A DNA stretch of 64,000 nt, taken from an uncultured Alistipes sp. GTDB taxonomy: Bacteria; Bacteroidota; Bacteroidia; Bacteroidales; Rikenellaceae. Of the stretch, positions 40,772 through 50,954 are shown in pieces. Numbering within the stretch: the first letter of the stretch is position 1; every line of letters starts with the position of its first letter. The translations under genes and the position numbers were made by a program. The notes below the pieces were generated by a model, which did not search any database, was not told where the DNA came from, and saw only the letters and a program-made list of their open reading frames with translations. The DNA lies in assembly GCA_964519525.1 (NCBI GenBank), contig CAZFIN010000001.1:2532-66531 (forward strand), in the 5' to 3' direction.

Positions 40772-42703
40772 TTACTGTTTATCGCATGTATCGTATTTCT
40801 CGAATTCAGAATGTTTGGATTTGAATTCCGGAACAGTTCTTTTCATCAATATCACCATATCCGGAATGATGACTTCGCGTGAAAGCCGTTCAAGTTCGGA
40901 AACAGTCTGCTGGATGTCTTCATATCCATATTTGCGCACTTTGGCTACGAATATCTTGTCGTGCTGAGTCGGTATAGTGTTTTCTTTGGTGGCGAGAACT
41001 TCTTCGTAAAGCTTTTCTCCGGGTCGCAGACCGGTGTATTCTATCTTTATATCCTTGCCAACCTCATAGCCAGCAAGCTGAATCATATTCTTAGCAAGAT
41101 CAACGATTTTTATGGGTGTACCCATATCGAATACGAAAATCTGAGTCTCTGTAACCATTGTTGCGGCTTCCATTACCAATCGGCAAGCCTCGGGAATGGT
41201 CATAAAGAAACGCCTTATCTCAGGGTCGGTCACAGTTACCGAACCTCCTTTTTCGATCTGCTCTTTGAAACGTGGAATAACGGAGCCGTTGGATCCAAGC
41301 ACATTGCCAAAACGTGTCGTGACAAACTGAGTGCGACCTTTTTTCTCACCGCTCTCAATTGCCAGACCGAGAGACTGAACGTAAATCTCGGCAAGACGCT
41401 TCGTGCAACCCATGATGTTTGTAGGATTGACGGCTTTATCGGTCGATATCATCACCATCTTCTCTACGTCATATTCTATGCACTTATCGGCAACATTGCG
41501 CGAACCTATGACATTCACCATCACGGCCTCACATGGGTTTTCTTCCATCAAGGGCACATGTTTGTATGCTGCGGCATGAAAGACTATCTGGGGATGGTAA
41601 TGTCTGAATACATAGTCAAGACGTTCGGGACGTCTGACATCTCCGATTATGGGCAAGAACTTTAAATTGGGGTATTTTTCTTCAAACTCGAGTTGTACAT
41701 TATGCAACGGAGTTTCGGCATTGTCATACATAATCAGCTCCTTGATACCAAGCTGTGCTAACTGTCGGCATAATTCGGAACCTATTGAACCTGCCGCTCC
41801 GGTCACAAGGATTGTCTTTCCTTTCACATTGGCCTTAATCTCTTCCATTGATATTTTTATTTCGGAACGGCCAAGAAGATCTTCAATACGAATATTGCGA
41901 ATGCCTGAACCGGGGAACTTACCGTCGGTCATCTCATCAATAGAAGGGACCAGGAACATTTTCAGGAACGTGTCCTGACAGTAAACTATAAGGCGATCCT
42001 TCTCCTCTCGGGCCTCGTGCTGATGGGCGAACAGAATCCCGTCTATGTTAAGTTTATGTTTCAAACCCGAGATATTGGCTTCATTCTCGAAATAATAGAC
42101 GGGCAGCCCTGCAAGTATCTGATCCTTGTATTTCGAGCCATATTTTAGGAATCCAACGACCTCAAACTGTTTTGAATTTCTCAACCGCGTTACCAGCGAC
42201 GCAGCCTTGCCTCCGATGCCGTAAACGAGAACTCTGTTTTTCGAATGTTGGGATTCGAATTTCTTTATAAGCATTAGGTAGACGGTAAGCATCAGGACCC
42301 GCACAAAAATCAGAGCTCCCAGACTGACAAAGAAATCAAGAAGCACTAGGTAAGTAACCAGACGATAGGAAACGGCAATGTCGCCATAAGCGACAATCAG
42401 CATAATGCCGAAAAGCATAAGGTCTTTGACCAAAACGGCAACGCTTAATTTACCGAGGTCGCGGAGTGTTGAATAACGGATAATAAGCCTATAAACACGG
42501 GTACAATAGAAAGCGATAACAGATGTTGCAACCGCAGTCCCGATCCAGCTGAGGACAAAACTCGAGGACGCATGAACCGACGGGGCGACAATAATGACAA
42601 ACAACAGCACGCAAACCGAAGCAATCAATGATACGATTAAATCGATAGCTAGCACAAAGGGGGCCTTCAGATATGAAGACAACCCCTGTTTCAATTTATT
42701 CAT
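40772..42703 (-). CDS. Membrane-bound UDP-GlcNAc 4,6-dehydratase (CapD/PglF family)
   Basis: N-terminal TM helices, IEDLLGR, TGAAGSIGSEL, HAAAYKHVP, STDKAVNP, GLRPGEKLYEE. Confidence 0.93.
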   Translation of the reverse strand: MNKLKQGLSSYLKAPFVLAIDLIVSLIASVCVLLFVIIVAPSVHASSSFVLSWIGTAVATSVIAFYCTRVYRLIIRYSTLRDLGKLSVAVLVKDLMLFGIMLIVAYGDIAVSYRLVTYLVLLDFFVSLGALIFVRVLMLTVYLMLIKKFESQHSKNRVLVYGIGGKAASLVTRLRNSKQFEVVGFLKYGSKYKDQILAGLPVYYFENEANISGLKHKLNIDGILFAHQHEAREEKDRLIVYCQDTFLKMFLVPSIDEMTDGKFPGSGIRNIRIEDLLGRSEIKISMEEIKANVKGKTILVTGAAGSIGSELCRQLAQLGIKELIMYDNAETPLHNVQLEFEEKYPNLKFLPIIGDVRRPERLDYVFRHYHPQIVFHAAAYKHVPLMEENPCEAVMVNVIGSRNVADKCIEYDVEKMVMISTDKAVNPTNIMGCTKRLAEIYVQSLGLAIESGEKKGRTQFVTTRFGNVLGSNGSVIPRFKEQIEKGGSVTVTDPEIRRFFMTIPEACRLVMEAATMVTETQIFVFDMGTPIKIVDLAKNMIQLAGYEVGKDIKIEYTGLRPGEKLYEEVLATKENTIPTQHDKIFVAKVRKYGYEDIQQTVSELERLSREVIIPDMVILMKRTVPEFKSKHSEFEKYDTCDKQ

Positions 42704-42781
42704 AATTAAGTATATGTATTGTAACTTGGTTCAAGAAACGCCGCGGAACAAGAATGATAGCGTGGTTGTAAGTTCCAACGG

Positions 42782-44044
42782 TTATATAATAGCAGCTTTT
42801 ATGTTATCGACAATGTACCGGACATCGTCATCAGTTACATATGGGCCCGCTGGAAGACAGATGCCAACTGCGAAAAGCTCTTCGCTGACACCATTAGTGT
42901 AAGCGGGTGCATTTTTGTAGACAGGTTGTTTGTGCATTGGTTTCCACAGCGGACGCGCCTCAATGTTGGCCGTATCGAGGGCTACACGTAGCGCCTCAAC
43001 ATTATCGTTGGGCTGGCAATCGGTCACGGCAGTTGTGGCTGCGTGAGTAACGCCTGCGGCGCCGCCGACAGCTCCGGTGATGACTTGTTTGTAAGCGTTC
43101 TCTTGACCCTTGATTTTCAAATCGGGATCGATAGTAGCTGTACAAAGCCAGAAATTGGAGTCCGCTTCAGGCCAAGGATTGGTGTGCATTGTCACACCCT
43201 TAACGTCCTTAAGCAACTCGTGGTAAAGCTTCTGCACGTGTTTGTGATGAGCGATATGGTCATCTATAATTGTCATCTGACCGCGTCCGATGCCGGCACA
43301 GATGTTGCTCATTCGGTAGTTGTAGCCTATTGCCTCGTGCTGGTAGTAGGGATAAGATTCACGAGCTTGCGTTGCACACCAGAGGATTTCGCGGGCCTTG
43401 TCTGCATTCGGACAAATAAGCGCACCACCACCCGAAGTGGTGATCATCTTGTTGCCATTGAACGACAAAACGCCATATTCGCCGAATGTGCCGAGCACCT
43501 GGCCGGCGAAGCGCGAACCAAGCCCTTCGGCGGCATCCTCGATAACAGGTATCTCGTAGCGGTTGGCGATCTCCATGATGCGGTCGATCTTGTAGGGCAT
43601 GCCATAAAGCGCCACAGGAATGATGGCCTTGGGCTTATTGCCGGTCTTAGCAATGCGGTCTTTAATAGCCTCTTCAAGCAAGTCGGGATCCATATTCCAT
43701 GACTCCTTTTCCGAGTCGATGAAGATAGGGGTTGCACCGAGATAGGTGATAGGGTGACTCGACGCACAGAATGTGAACGATTGCACAAGCACCTCGTCAC
43801 CCGGGCCAACACCACACGCAATAAGCGCAAGATGAACCGCCGCAGTTCCGGCACTCAGTCCAACAATTTTCTTATCAAGCAGTGTTGCTCTCTCACGATT
43901 ATTCACAAAAGCCTCGAGATCCTTCTCAAAACCGTTCACGTTCGGTCCCATCGGGACAACCCAATTAGTATCGAAAGCCTCCTTTATAAATTCCTGCTCC
44001 TTGCCGCTCATGTGGGCCAAGCAAAGATAAATACGATCTCTCAT
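42782..44044 (-). CDS. DegT/DnrJ/EryC1/StrS aminotransferase (PglE/EpsN-like)
   Basis: EDAAEGLG, SFNGNKMITTSGGG (Lys intact), GYNYRMSN, RPLWKPMH. Confidence 0.93.
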   Translation of the reverse strand: MRDRIYLCLAHMSGKEQEFIKEAFDTNWVVPMGPNVNGFEKDLEAFVNNRERATLLDKKIVGLSAGTAAVHLALIACGVGPGDEVLVQSFTFCASSHPITYLGATPIFIDSEKESWNMDPDLLEEAIKDRIAKTGNKPKAIIPVALYGMPYKIDRIMEIANRYEIPVIEDAAEGLGSRFAGQVLGTFGEYGVLSFNGNKMITTSGGGALICPNADKAREILWCATQARESYPYYQHEAIGYNYRMSNICAGIGRGQMTIIDDHIAHHKHVQKLYHELLKDVKGVTMHTNPWPEADSNFWLCTATIDPDLKIKGQENAYKQVITGAVGGAAGVTHAATTAVTDCQPNDNVEALRVALDTANIEARPLWKPMHKQPVYKNAPAYTNGVSEELFAVGICLPAGPYVTDDDVRYIVDNIKAAII

Positions 44045-44694
44045 ATTATTTCGTTATTATATTTCATTCTGCGACCAAGTATGGTGCAGAAGATCATTTG
44101 AATATCTTTTATAAAAGAATAGTTATGCAAATAATACCTGTTGATACGTACCTTATCGGGATATAGGACATTATTGTTATATTCTTCCGCTATATCTTGC
44201 ATAGGCCGCACGTCTCCGTCTGCCTGCTTTTGAGCGACATATTCCGAAATCATTTCATCCTCCAACCGATATTTCAAAGTTGCAGGGCCGGTAATTCCCG
44301 GACGCAACTTTAAAACCTCACGATCTCCGCCTGTTAGCTGATCGGCATACCCAGGGACATCCGGGCGCGGGCCTACAAATGACATATTTCCGACTAATAC
44401 ATCCCATAGCCCAGGTAATTCATCAAGTTTATAATGACGAAGTTTTGCGCCCAACGGTGTAATACGGTTATCACCAGCTACACTAATTGTTGACCCATTA
44501 TGCTTAACAGTCATTGTCCGAAATTTATGGCATGTGAAAAGTTCACCATTACGACCAACACGTTTCTGTTTAAAAATCACTGGGCCACCCGACATCTTTA
44601 TCTTGATAAGCATCGCTACCACCAACAACACTGGCCACAAAATCAACAGCCCGACCAACGCCATCAACCGATCAAAGAGAAATTTCAAAGTCAT
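44041..44694 (-). CDS. Initiating phosphoglycosyltransferase (PglC-like)
   Basis: KFRTM, LDELP, GNMSFVGPRP, RPGITG. Confidence 0.92.
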   Translation of the reverse strand: MTLKFLFDRLMALVGLLILWPVLLVVAMLIKIKMSGGPVIFKQKRVGRNGELFTCHKFRTMTVKHNGSTISVAGDNRITPLGAKLRHYKLDELPGLWDVLVGNMSFVGPRPDVPGYADQLTGGDREVLKLRPGITGPATLKYRLEDEMISEYVAQKQADGDVRPMQDIAEEYNNNVLYPDKVRINRYYLHNYSFIKDIQMIFCTILGRRMKYNNEII

Positions 44695-45512
44695 GACTTT
44701 CGGAATAATTTCTTAAAAATAAAACCTCGAACCTGAGTTGGTAGCAAAACTTGAACCCCCAAGCGTCCCAAAACATTGAAGCAATATCGAGGTAGACTAA
44801 TAATATCTCTCTTAAGCATATAATCTTGCAACCACTTTTCACTTTTAAAATATCTCCACCCACCTCGACGCGAATACATTTCCTTACCAACTCTGACATT
44901 GACCAATGCGTCAGGTAAATTTGCAAACTTGCACCCATGCTCATACATTCTAATCCAGAGATAGTAATCCTCATTAAAGTGCAAATCAAGATAATTTCCG
45001 GCCTCTAAGATCTTACTTTTGCGGCCCATTATGGTCATATGATTAAAAGGACATCTTGATTTTAAATATCTCTCAATATCTTCCGAATAACACGGAACTA
45101 TACGTTTACCAACTATATTATTTTTATTTTCAATAAACTCAGTAATTTGCCCGCCAACGATAGCAATATCGTTGTTATCACTCAAATATTTTACTTGTTT
45201 TTCGCATCTTTCTGGAGCCGATATATCATCAGAATCCATTCGAGCTACAAATTCGTAGTTTGTATGAGCTAAACCAATATTAAGTGCATGCCCCAATCCC
45301 ATATTCTTTTCCAACCGAATAATATTTAGATATGGAATTTGGGTTTGAAGATCACTTAAGGTTTTATTAATATCTTCTCCGACAGGCCCGTCAACCACCA
45401 AAATGATCTCGGATGGTTGTAAGGTCTGATTCACAGAGATACTATTTATAGCATCGCGTAGAAATACGTGATTATCGTTTTTGTAAACCGAAGTGAGAAC
45501 CGAATAATTCAC
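44691..45512 (-). CDS. GT2 glycosyltransferase (AmsE-like)
   Basis: SVLTSVYKND, VVDGP, ARMDSDD, EDYYLW; GTG start. Confidence 0.9.
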   Translation of the reverse strand: MNYSVLTSVYKNDNHVFLRDAINSISVNQTLQPSEIILVVDGPVGEDINKTLSDLQTQIPYLNIIRLEKNMGLGHALNIGLAHTNYEFVARMDSDDISAPERCEKQVKYLSDNNDIAIVGGQITEFIENKNNIVGKRIVPCYSEDIERYLKSRCPFNHMTIMGRKSKILEAGNYLDLHFNEDYYLWIRMYEHGCKFANLPDALVNVRVGKEMYSRRGGWRYFKSEKWLQDYMLKRDIISLPRYCFNVLGRLGVQVLLPTQVRGFIFKKLFRKS

Positions 45513-45534
45513 TCAAATAATATCGATTTAGCAG

Positions 45535-46419
45535 TTAGACAATCAAAATATCCTCATCAGGGTAATTACCTTCCTTGTTGAACCCTTCAAAAGAATTCTC
45601 AATATCCCAATCTGAAGAGTGTTGGTAATAACGTATTTCTTCATCTGAGGGTAATTCCATATAATCTCCCCACCGGCTATGAAGATAATCTTCAACGCCT
45701 ATTGGAACTCTCAAAGAAATTAATTCAAACGGGACACGTTTCGTAGAATTAAAGTGAGCGCTTTTATATAACCCTTTTTTATATCCCGCTCGGCCGAGAT
45801 AATGACATAAATATTCACTCGTTTTCACGGAACTTTTATAAATTTGCTTCAACGCATATTTTACGAAGGCTCGTTTAGGTAGCCACTTAATAGGTCTCAA
45901 GATAAAATTAGCTACTAGACCTCGACGAGTATAGTTGCGATTTGCCAACGACTTGATTACTAAATATCGAGACCAAAAATACTGCCAAAAGTGACCAATC
46001 TTATTGTCCGGGCATACGTGTAAAATGAAAATATCTACAAATATCCCTTTATGAATTCTGAGAGATTCCAAATCAAGCTCAACATAATGCGAATTATTGA
46101 GCCTCAGTTTTGCAAATGAAGGGGTTCCAGTTTTTGAGCCCCACTCCTGAAGATAATATGATTGTTTATCCCCAAATTCATGAAATTTTTCACGGAATTT
46201 CTTATAATTCTCTGGGGTCATAAAGATATCAAGATCATCGTCCCAGGGGATAAAGCCTTGATGCCTGACTGCACCTAAGGCGCTTCCTCCCATCAAACAG
46301 TAATCTATGTTATTTGATTCACAAAAAGAATCTATGTACTCTGCAATATTTAAAATGCAATTTTGTAGTCTTCGAATATTCCATGTATCCTTAGACTCTC
46401 TCATCAAGTCTTTCATCAA
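45535..46419 (-). CDS. LicD-family phosphotransferase
   Basis: GGSALGAVRHQGFIPWDDDLDI, FVDIF, WGDYM. Confidence 0.93.
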   Translation of the reverse strand: MMKDLMRESKDTWNIRRLQNCILNIAEYIDSFCESNNIDYCLMGGSALGAVRHQGFIPWDDDLDIFMTPENYKKFREKFHEFGDKQSYYLQEWGSKTGTPSFAKLRLNNSHYVELDLESLRIHKGIFVDIFILHVCPDNKIGHFWQYFWSRYLVIKSLANRNYTRRGLVANFILRPIKWLPKRAFVKYALKQIYKSSVKTSEYLCHYLGRAGYKKGLYKSAHFNSTKRVPFELISLRVPIGVEDYLHSRWGDYMELPSDEEIRYYQHSSDWDIENSFEGFNKEGNYPDEDILIV

Positions 46420-47374
46420 TAATTATCAACTATTATTCTCTTCTTTCCTTCCTGAAACGGTGCTTGCATTAGGCCCGGATCACCATTGTAGTTAGCTTCT
46501 ATCAATTCAAACCCGTCATTAAGCACGGCAATATCCCATGCTATTAATCGAGCACCATCCACTACACTGTTTAAATCCAGCACATATTGCCTAAGGCTTT
46601 CCCAGTTCGGTATTTGAAACCCAACAACCTTCATACCCGAACTTGGATGGAAAAACACTTTGGAACCATTGATTGTAATGCCTGCCCCCGAAACGACACC
46701 GGTATCAGTATCAATAGGATAAGCAACTCCTCCTGAATGGTAATTATCCACTTCTGCTCCAGTTCCTCCAACTCTAATTAAAGCGCTCAAGAAAATTACC
46801 CCCCCCTTTTACATTTGTTAATATTCGGCTTTAGAGTAAAAACTCTTATGGTGTTCACAGAACTTGCATTCAGCGCTGATAACAAATGATGTTGAGTTAC
46901 AAATTCCTCTAACAGAATTTCCTTGCCAACCAAATCTTCAGCCGTGTCGGTTTTCGCGACATGGATACCGTGACCAGAGGATAAGCCTACGGGCTTTATT
47001 ATAGTTTTCTGAGCTGTCAAAAACTCATTGATTTCTTCTTTCGAGGCATCAGCGGCATAAAGCCATTTTCGGGAAATAAAGTCTCGGAATGTCTTATTGG
47101 TCAGGTGCTTTTTGTTGAATAAATCCGCGCTGGCAGGATCATTAAAGCGCCGTTCCCACTTTTCGCTGTCGCGCGCCGTATAGAACTGTTTCCTCTCAAG
47201 GTGCGATAGTTCATAGAATCTCCATCCCAAATATTCATTCGGAGTAACACCATATCGCAAGAAAGCAACTGCTGCATCAAAATATAGTTTCCCTACCCAT
47301 ATGCCGTATTTTTCTGCTATCTGCGGGAATTCATGTTTTAAACGATAAAAGCCCTTGACGTAACGGTTACTCAT
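46416..47374 (-). pseudogene. Sugar-transfer-associated ATP-grasp protein split at a G8 tract (ORFs 46796-47374 and 46416-46790)
   Basis: IIKPV, LEEFVTQH, SVNTIRV in the first half; VDNYHSGG, IPNW, AWDIA, LIEAN in the second; G9 would restore one frame. Confidence 0.8.
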
Positions 47375-47789
47375 GATTATTCAGTTTTTCTCTAAGTATT
47401 GAAGATGAAATACCGTCGGTATGGTCTAGATATTCTACGGAACAGCCTATTGTTGCGAATTCCTTCTCATATTGTTCCCATGCTCTGGTTCCTTTCCAAT
47501 CTGAGCCTACAAAAACCACGTCAGCCCCGCATATTTCTACGGCTTCTCGTTTATCCATATCAATCTGTGGAATCACCTTATCGACATATTTGATTGCTTC
47601 AACTATTTTCATCCTGTCTGCCTCGGGAATGATCGGATATTTATGCTTTCTCGTAAAGCATAGATCATCAGTTGTAACCCCTACGATCAGAGTTTCACAT
47701 TGTTCTTTTGACCTACGAAGAATGTTGAGATGCCCGATATGAAACATATCAAATACTCCGGTAGTATATCCGATTTTATATTTTTTCAT
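47367..47789 (-). CDS. Cytidylyltransferase (TagD-like glycerol/polyol-phosphate)
   Basis: GVFDMFHIGH, VGSDW, TDGISSS. Confidence 0.9.
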   Translation of the reverse strand: MKKYKIGYTTGVFDMFHIGHLNILRRSKEQCETLIVGVTTDDLCFTRKHKYPIIPEADRMKIVEAIKYVDKVIPQIDMDKREAVEICGADVVFVGSDWKGTRAWEQYEKEFATIGCSVEYLDHTDGISSSILREKLNNHE

Positions 47790-47833
47790 AGAAATAGATC
47801 AAATTATGAATATTTGAAAATTTAGGTATAGGC

Positions 47834-48793
47834 TTACTGATTGATTATGTGAATCAGATACTGCTGTTTTCGACCGTAGTTCATCAGTAGGTCTCCATTG
47901 AAAATATCCAAGCCTTGAGGTTCTCCGCTCCATGGAGAAAGATCCAGCACGGATTCGATTTCTTTTTTCTGTAGATTAATTTTCCTAATTTTTATCCATT
48001 CCGGATAGGCATGATATCCACTCGCTACATAAATACATCCATCGTGATAGCATTTGTCCTGACTAAAATTAAGCATCTCTAATTCGAAATTGTCGATAAT
48101 ATCAGCATCTGTCAATTCTATGACTGATCCATCTCCAATTTTGGGCAAATCAAAAACACAAATACATTCCCTGTTTCCATCGACTAAAGTCGACGAACCT
48201 GTCAAATAATATGCAAGTGAATAGAGTTTGTCATTATCAGTGTCCACAATCCAGTCTGTCGACCCGTTTCCGAATCTTTCCTTGTCCTCAATGTGAGGTA
48301 TGATCATCTGCACCATTTCACATGAGAACTGATCACCTTCATAATTTATCTTTACTACCAATACCCCTCTTTCTCCGTCATAATTCCATTGAGAAATATA
48401 CAAAGGAGGGAAAGGGCTCTCCTGCAAGTTTTCATTGCCGAAGCAGCAAACATTACAATGGGGAACACGGACTCCGGCTGTACTAATTGGTATACAAGTT
48501 ATGTATTCTTCATTTTCAAGATTACTTACAATTATGAATGGTTGATCGTCTGAGTATTTCCCATGCTTCATACACTCATAACCACACCCGAACCAATATT
48601 TCCCGCTTACCGCAGAACTTTGAATGGCATAATCAGATGGGAAATTCTTAAAAGAGCAAAACGCACTTCTTTGAAATTTGGGGAAGTATGAAGTACCCAA
48701 TCCTCCATATTCCAATATGATTTCTTGTTCAGATTCGCATCCACATAAACAAATACAGAAAATTACGAACATAGAGAGTATTAATCTGGGCAT
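47834..48793 (-). CDS. Hypothetical lipoprotein (beta-rich, propeller-like)
   Basis: LCGC lipobox-like motif, intact ~319-aa ORF co-oriented in the operon. Confidence 0.7.
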   Translation of the reverse strand: MPRLILSMFVIFCICLCGCESEQEIILEYGGLGTSYFPKFQRSAFCSFKNFPSDYAIQSSAVSGKYWFGCGYECMKHGKYSDDQPFIIVSNLENEEYITCIPISTAGVRVPHCNVCCFGNENLQESPFPPLYISQWNYDGERGVLVVKINYEGDQFSCEMVQMIIPHIEDKERFGNGSTDWIVDTDNDKLYSLAYYLTGSSTLVDGNRECICVFDLPKIGDGSVIELTDADIIDNFELEMLNFSQDKCYHDGCIYVASGYHAYPEWIKIRKINLQKKEIESVLDLSPWSGEPQGLDIFNGDLLMNYGRKQQYLIHIINQ

Positions 48794-48816
48794 ATCCAAC
48801 TTGGCATTTTCTCAAT

Positions 48817-49710
48817 TTAATGAGGTAATCCAAGAACACGAAATCTTAACTGAAAAAAAAGATTTTTAAAAAATCCTTCAAATGGATTAGCTCTATTAGA
48901 TTTTAAATAAATCCAATACTTATGAAGAATCTTCGAGTTCACGGAATGATAATTCCTCAAAAGGAATAATAGAATCGGGATTTTTCTCTTATAATTGATT
49001 TTATGATATAGCTCATTTTGCCTTATAATAGTATTATATGAGTTCTCAAATCGTCGACTACCTGAATGAATAATACTTCCGGGGCGAAGTATATAATTAT
49101 AAACTACAGTATTTAATACTTTTATATTTTCTGCAAAGTACCCCAAGTATAAGCTAAACATCTTATCATTAGAAGATGAAATTTCATCAAATCGAATGTT
49201 GTTATCTATTACAATAGATTTTCTTATGAGCTTATTCCAAGGTTCCCATGCTCCAAAACGTATATCCTCTAATCCTTGATTTGTCTTTAAATATTTATCT
49301 ATGAAAATATTCATTCTTGAAATTACTTTCTTCTTGGATTCACCAGAAATAATATTACATTTATAGTATATAACATCCTCTTGTGAGTCTTTATAGTTAT
49401 CCAAAACATGGTTTAGTTCAGAAGTGTAGGAATCATCACAGTCTGCAAATAGTAGCCATTTTCCAATTGCATTACTTATTCCAATATTGCGAGCTGCTCC
49501 CGCTCCTCTACTGTTTTTGTCAAGAATAACTTTTACATCATATCTATCTTTTCCCGGAAAATTTTCAAAATCAACTTTATCAGGATCACTATTGTCGTCA
49601 ACAATGATTATCTCAAGATCGTTTCTTCGAGGAATAGAATCAATACACCTCTGAAGTAACTGAGGAAGATTTTTGTGAGGTATAATGATTGAATAGTTTA
49701 TATATTTCAT
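48817..49710 (-). CDS. GT2 glycosyltransferase
   Basis: SIIIPHKN, VDDNS, GAGAARN, FADCDD, PWNKL. Confidence 0.92.
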   Translation of the reverse strand: MKYINYSIIIPHKNLPQLLQRCIDSIPRRNDLEIIIVDDNSDPDKVDFENFPGKDRYDVKVILDKNSRGAGAARNIGISNAIGKWLLFADCDDSYTSELNHVLDNYKDSQEDVIYYKCNIISGESKKKVISRMNIFIDKYLKTNQGLEDIRFGAWEPWNKLIRKSIVIDNNIRFDEISSSNDKMFSLYLGYFAENIKVLNTVVYNYILRPGSIIHSGSRRFENSYNTIIRQNELYHKINYKRKIPILLFLLRNYHSVNSKILHKYWIYLKSNRANPFEGFFKNLFFQLRFRVLGLPH

Positions 49711-49740
49711 CCGTATAAAAAACTATAATTAATGACAGGT

Positions 49741-50946
49741 TTATGATTGCAGCAAATAAACTTGATGGTGTCCAACCTTAGTTGTATCTGTCGTAACAAA
49801 ACACAGACATAAACTCATCATAATTAAAAGAGGGCAAGATTCGTATAAAGAAAATGATTTACAAAAAGTTAACAGATAATATAAAAAGGCAATAAAGCAC
49901 CATTGATATTCTTCCATACTACTCGAACATATTCTTTTTGTTTTTTTTATATACTTAATAATAACATAGTACACGAAACTGAAAAAGGCTAAACAACCAA
50001 TAAAACCTGTATCTGCCAATAAATGAAAGAAAATATTGTGTGGGTAGAATCCCATCACTGATCTAAATCCATTTAGTCCCGCACCCCAAAATACCCAGTA
50101 ATTATCAACGATTGCGTTGATAGCAGTAGTCCATACCCACACCCGGCTTTCATCCTCAGTATCTTCAAACAGATTAGTCATGTGAATTAGTGCATACTCA
50201 GAGGCATTTTGAAGAAAGAAGTATGCTCCAATTGATATCGCCACAGTTAATCCGATGAAAATTGATAAGAGTGCTTTTTTGTGGTTCTTTCCATTGCATA
50301 ATGCAATAATAACTGCTATAAACGGAGGGAATAACATTACACCTCGAGCTGGGAAAGGCAAAATAGCTATAAAAAAAATTATAGATAGAATGAAAGATAA
50401 AGCTAATTTATTACTTGTTTTTTTAAGGATTCTCAATACTATTGTACAAAGACTAAGAGATAAGCAAAGTCCAAGTGTCAAAGTCATATTCAAATAATTG
50501 ACCGATCCTGTCATGTAAGAGTATACTCGATCTAAATTTTTAAATACAACCAGTGTATATACAAGATTAATAAAAAAAAAAAGAATAAATAAGTATTTAA
50601 TCTTGTTTGTGTCAAATCCAACGCATAAAATCCCTATAATGACAGCTACCAGATACTTACAAAAGACTGAATATTCATATGTAAAGATGCAACATGTAAC
50701 TAAAAAGTATAAAAGACATAAGGCCCAAAAAAAACAATAAGATCTGATAGTAACACTACTTTTAATTCTGCTTATAAATCGATGCTTATTCGTTATATAT
50801 AAAGCCCCAATACAAATAATATATATAGCATAAAGAAAAATACTGGTTTCTTCAACATTTAGAAAAAAACGCAACACATTGACATTAATAATGAGACTTA
50901 ATAACAGAGTGTCACAATTATATAATAGTCGTCTCGTACACTTCAT
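49741..50946 (-). CDS. Wzy polymerase / O-antigen ligase family membrane protein
   Basis: ~10 TM helices, ARG, SRVWVW, WGAG, YPHNIF. Confidence 0.8.
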   Translation of the reverse strand: MKCTRRLLYNCDTLLLSLIINVNVLRFFLNVEETSIFLYAIYIICIGALYITNKHRFISRIKSSVTIRSYCFFWALCLLYFLVTCCIFTYEYSVFCKYLVAVIIGILCVGFDTNKIKYLFILFFFINLVYTLVVFKNLDRVYSYMTGSVNYLNMTLTLGLCLSLSLCTIVLRILKKTSNKLALSFILSIIFFIAILPFPARGVMLFPPFIAVIIALCNGKNHKKALLSIFIGLTVAISIGAYFFLQNASEYALIHMTNLFEDTEDESRVWVWTTAINAIVDNYWVFWGAGLNGFRSVMGFYPHNIFFHLLADTGFIGCLAFFSFVYYVIIKYIKKTKRICSSSMEEYQWCFIAFLYYLLTFCKSFSLYESCPLLIMMSLCLCFVTTDTTKVGHHQVYLLQS

Positions 50947-50954
50947 TGGTGAGC

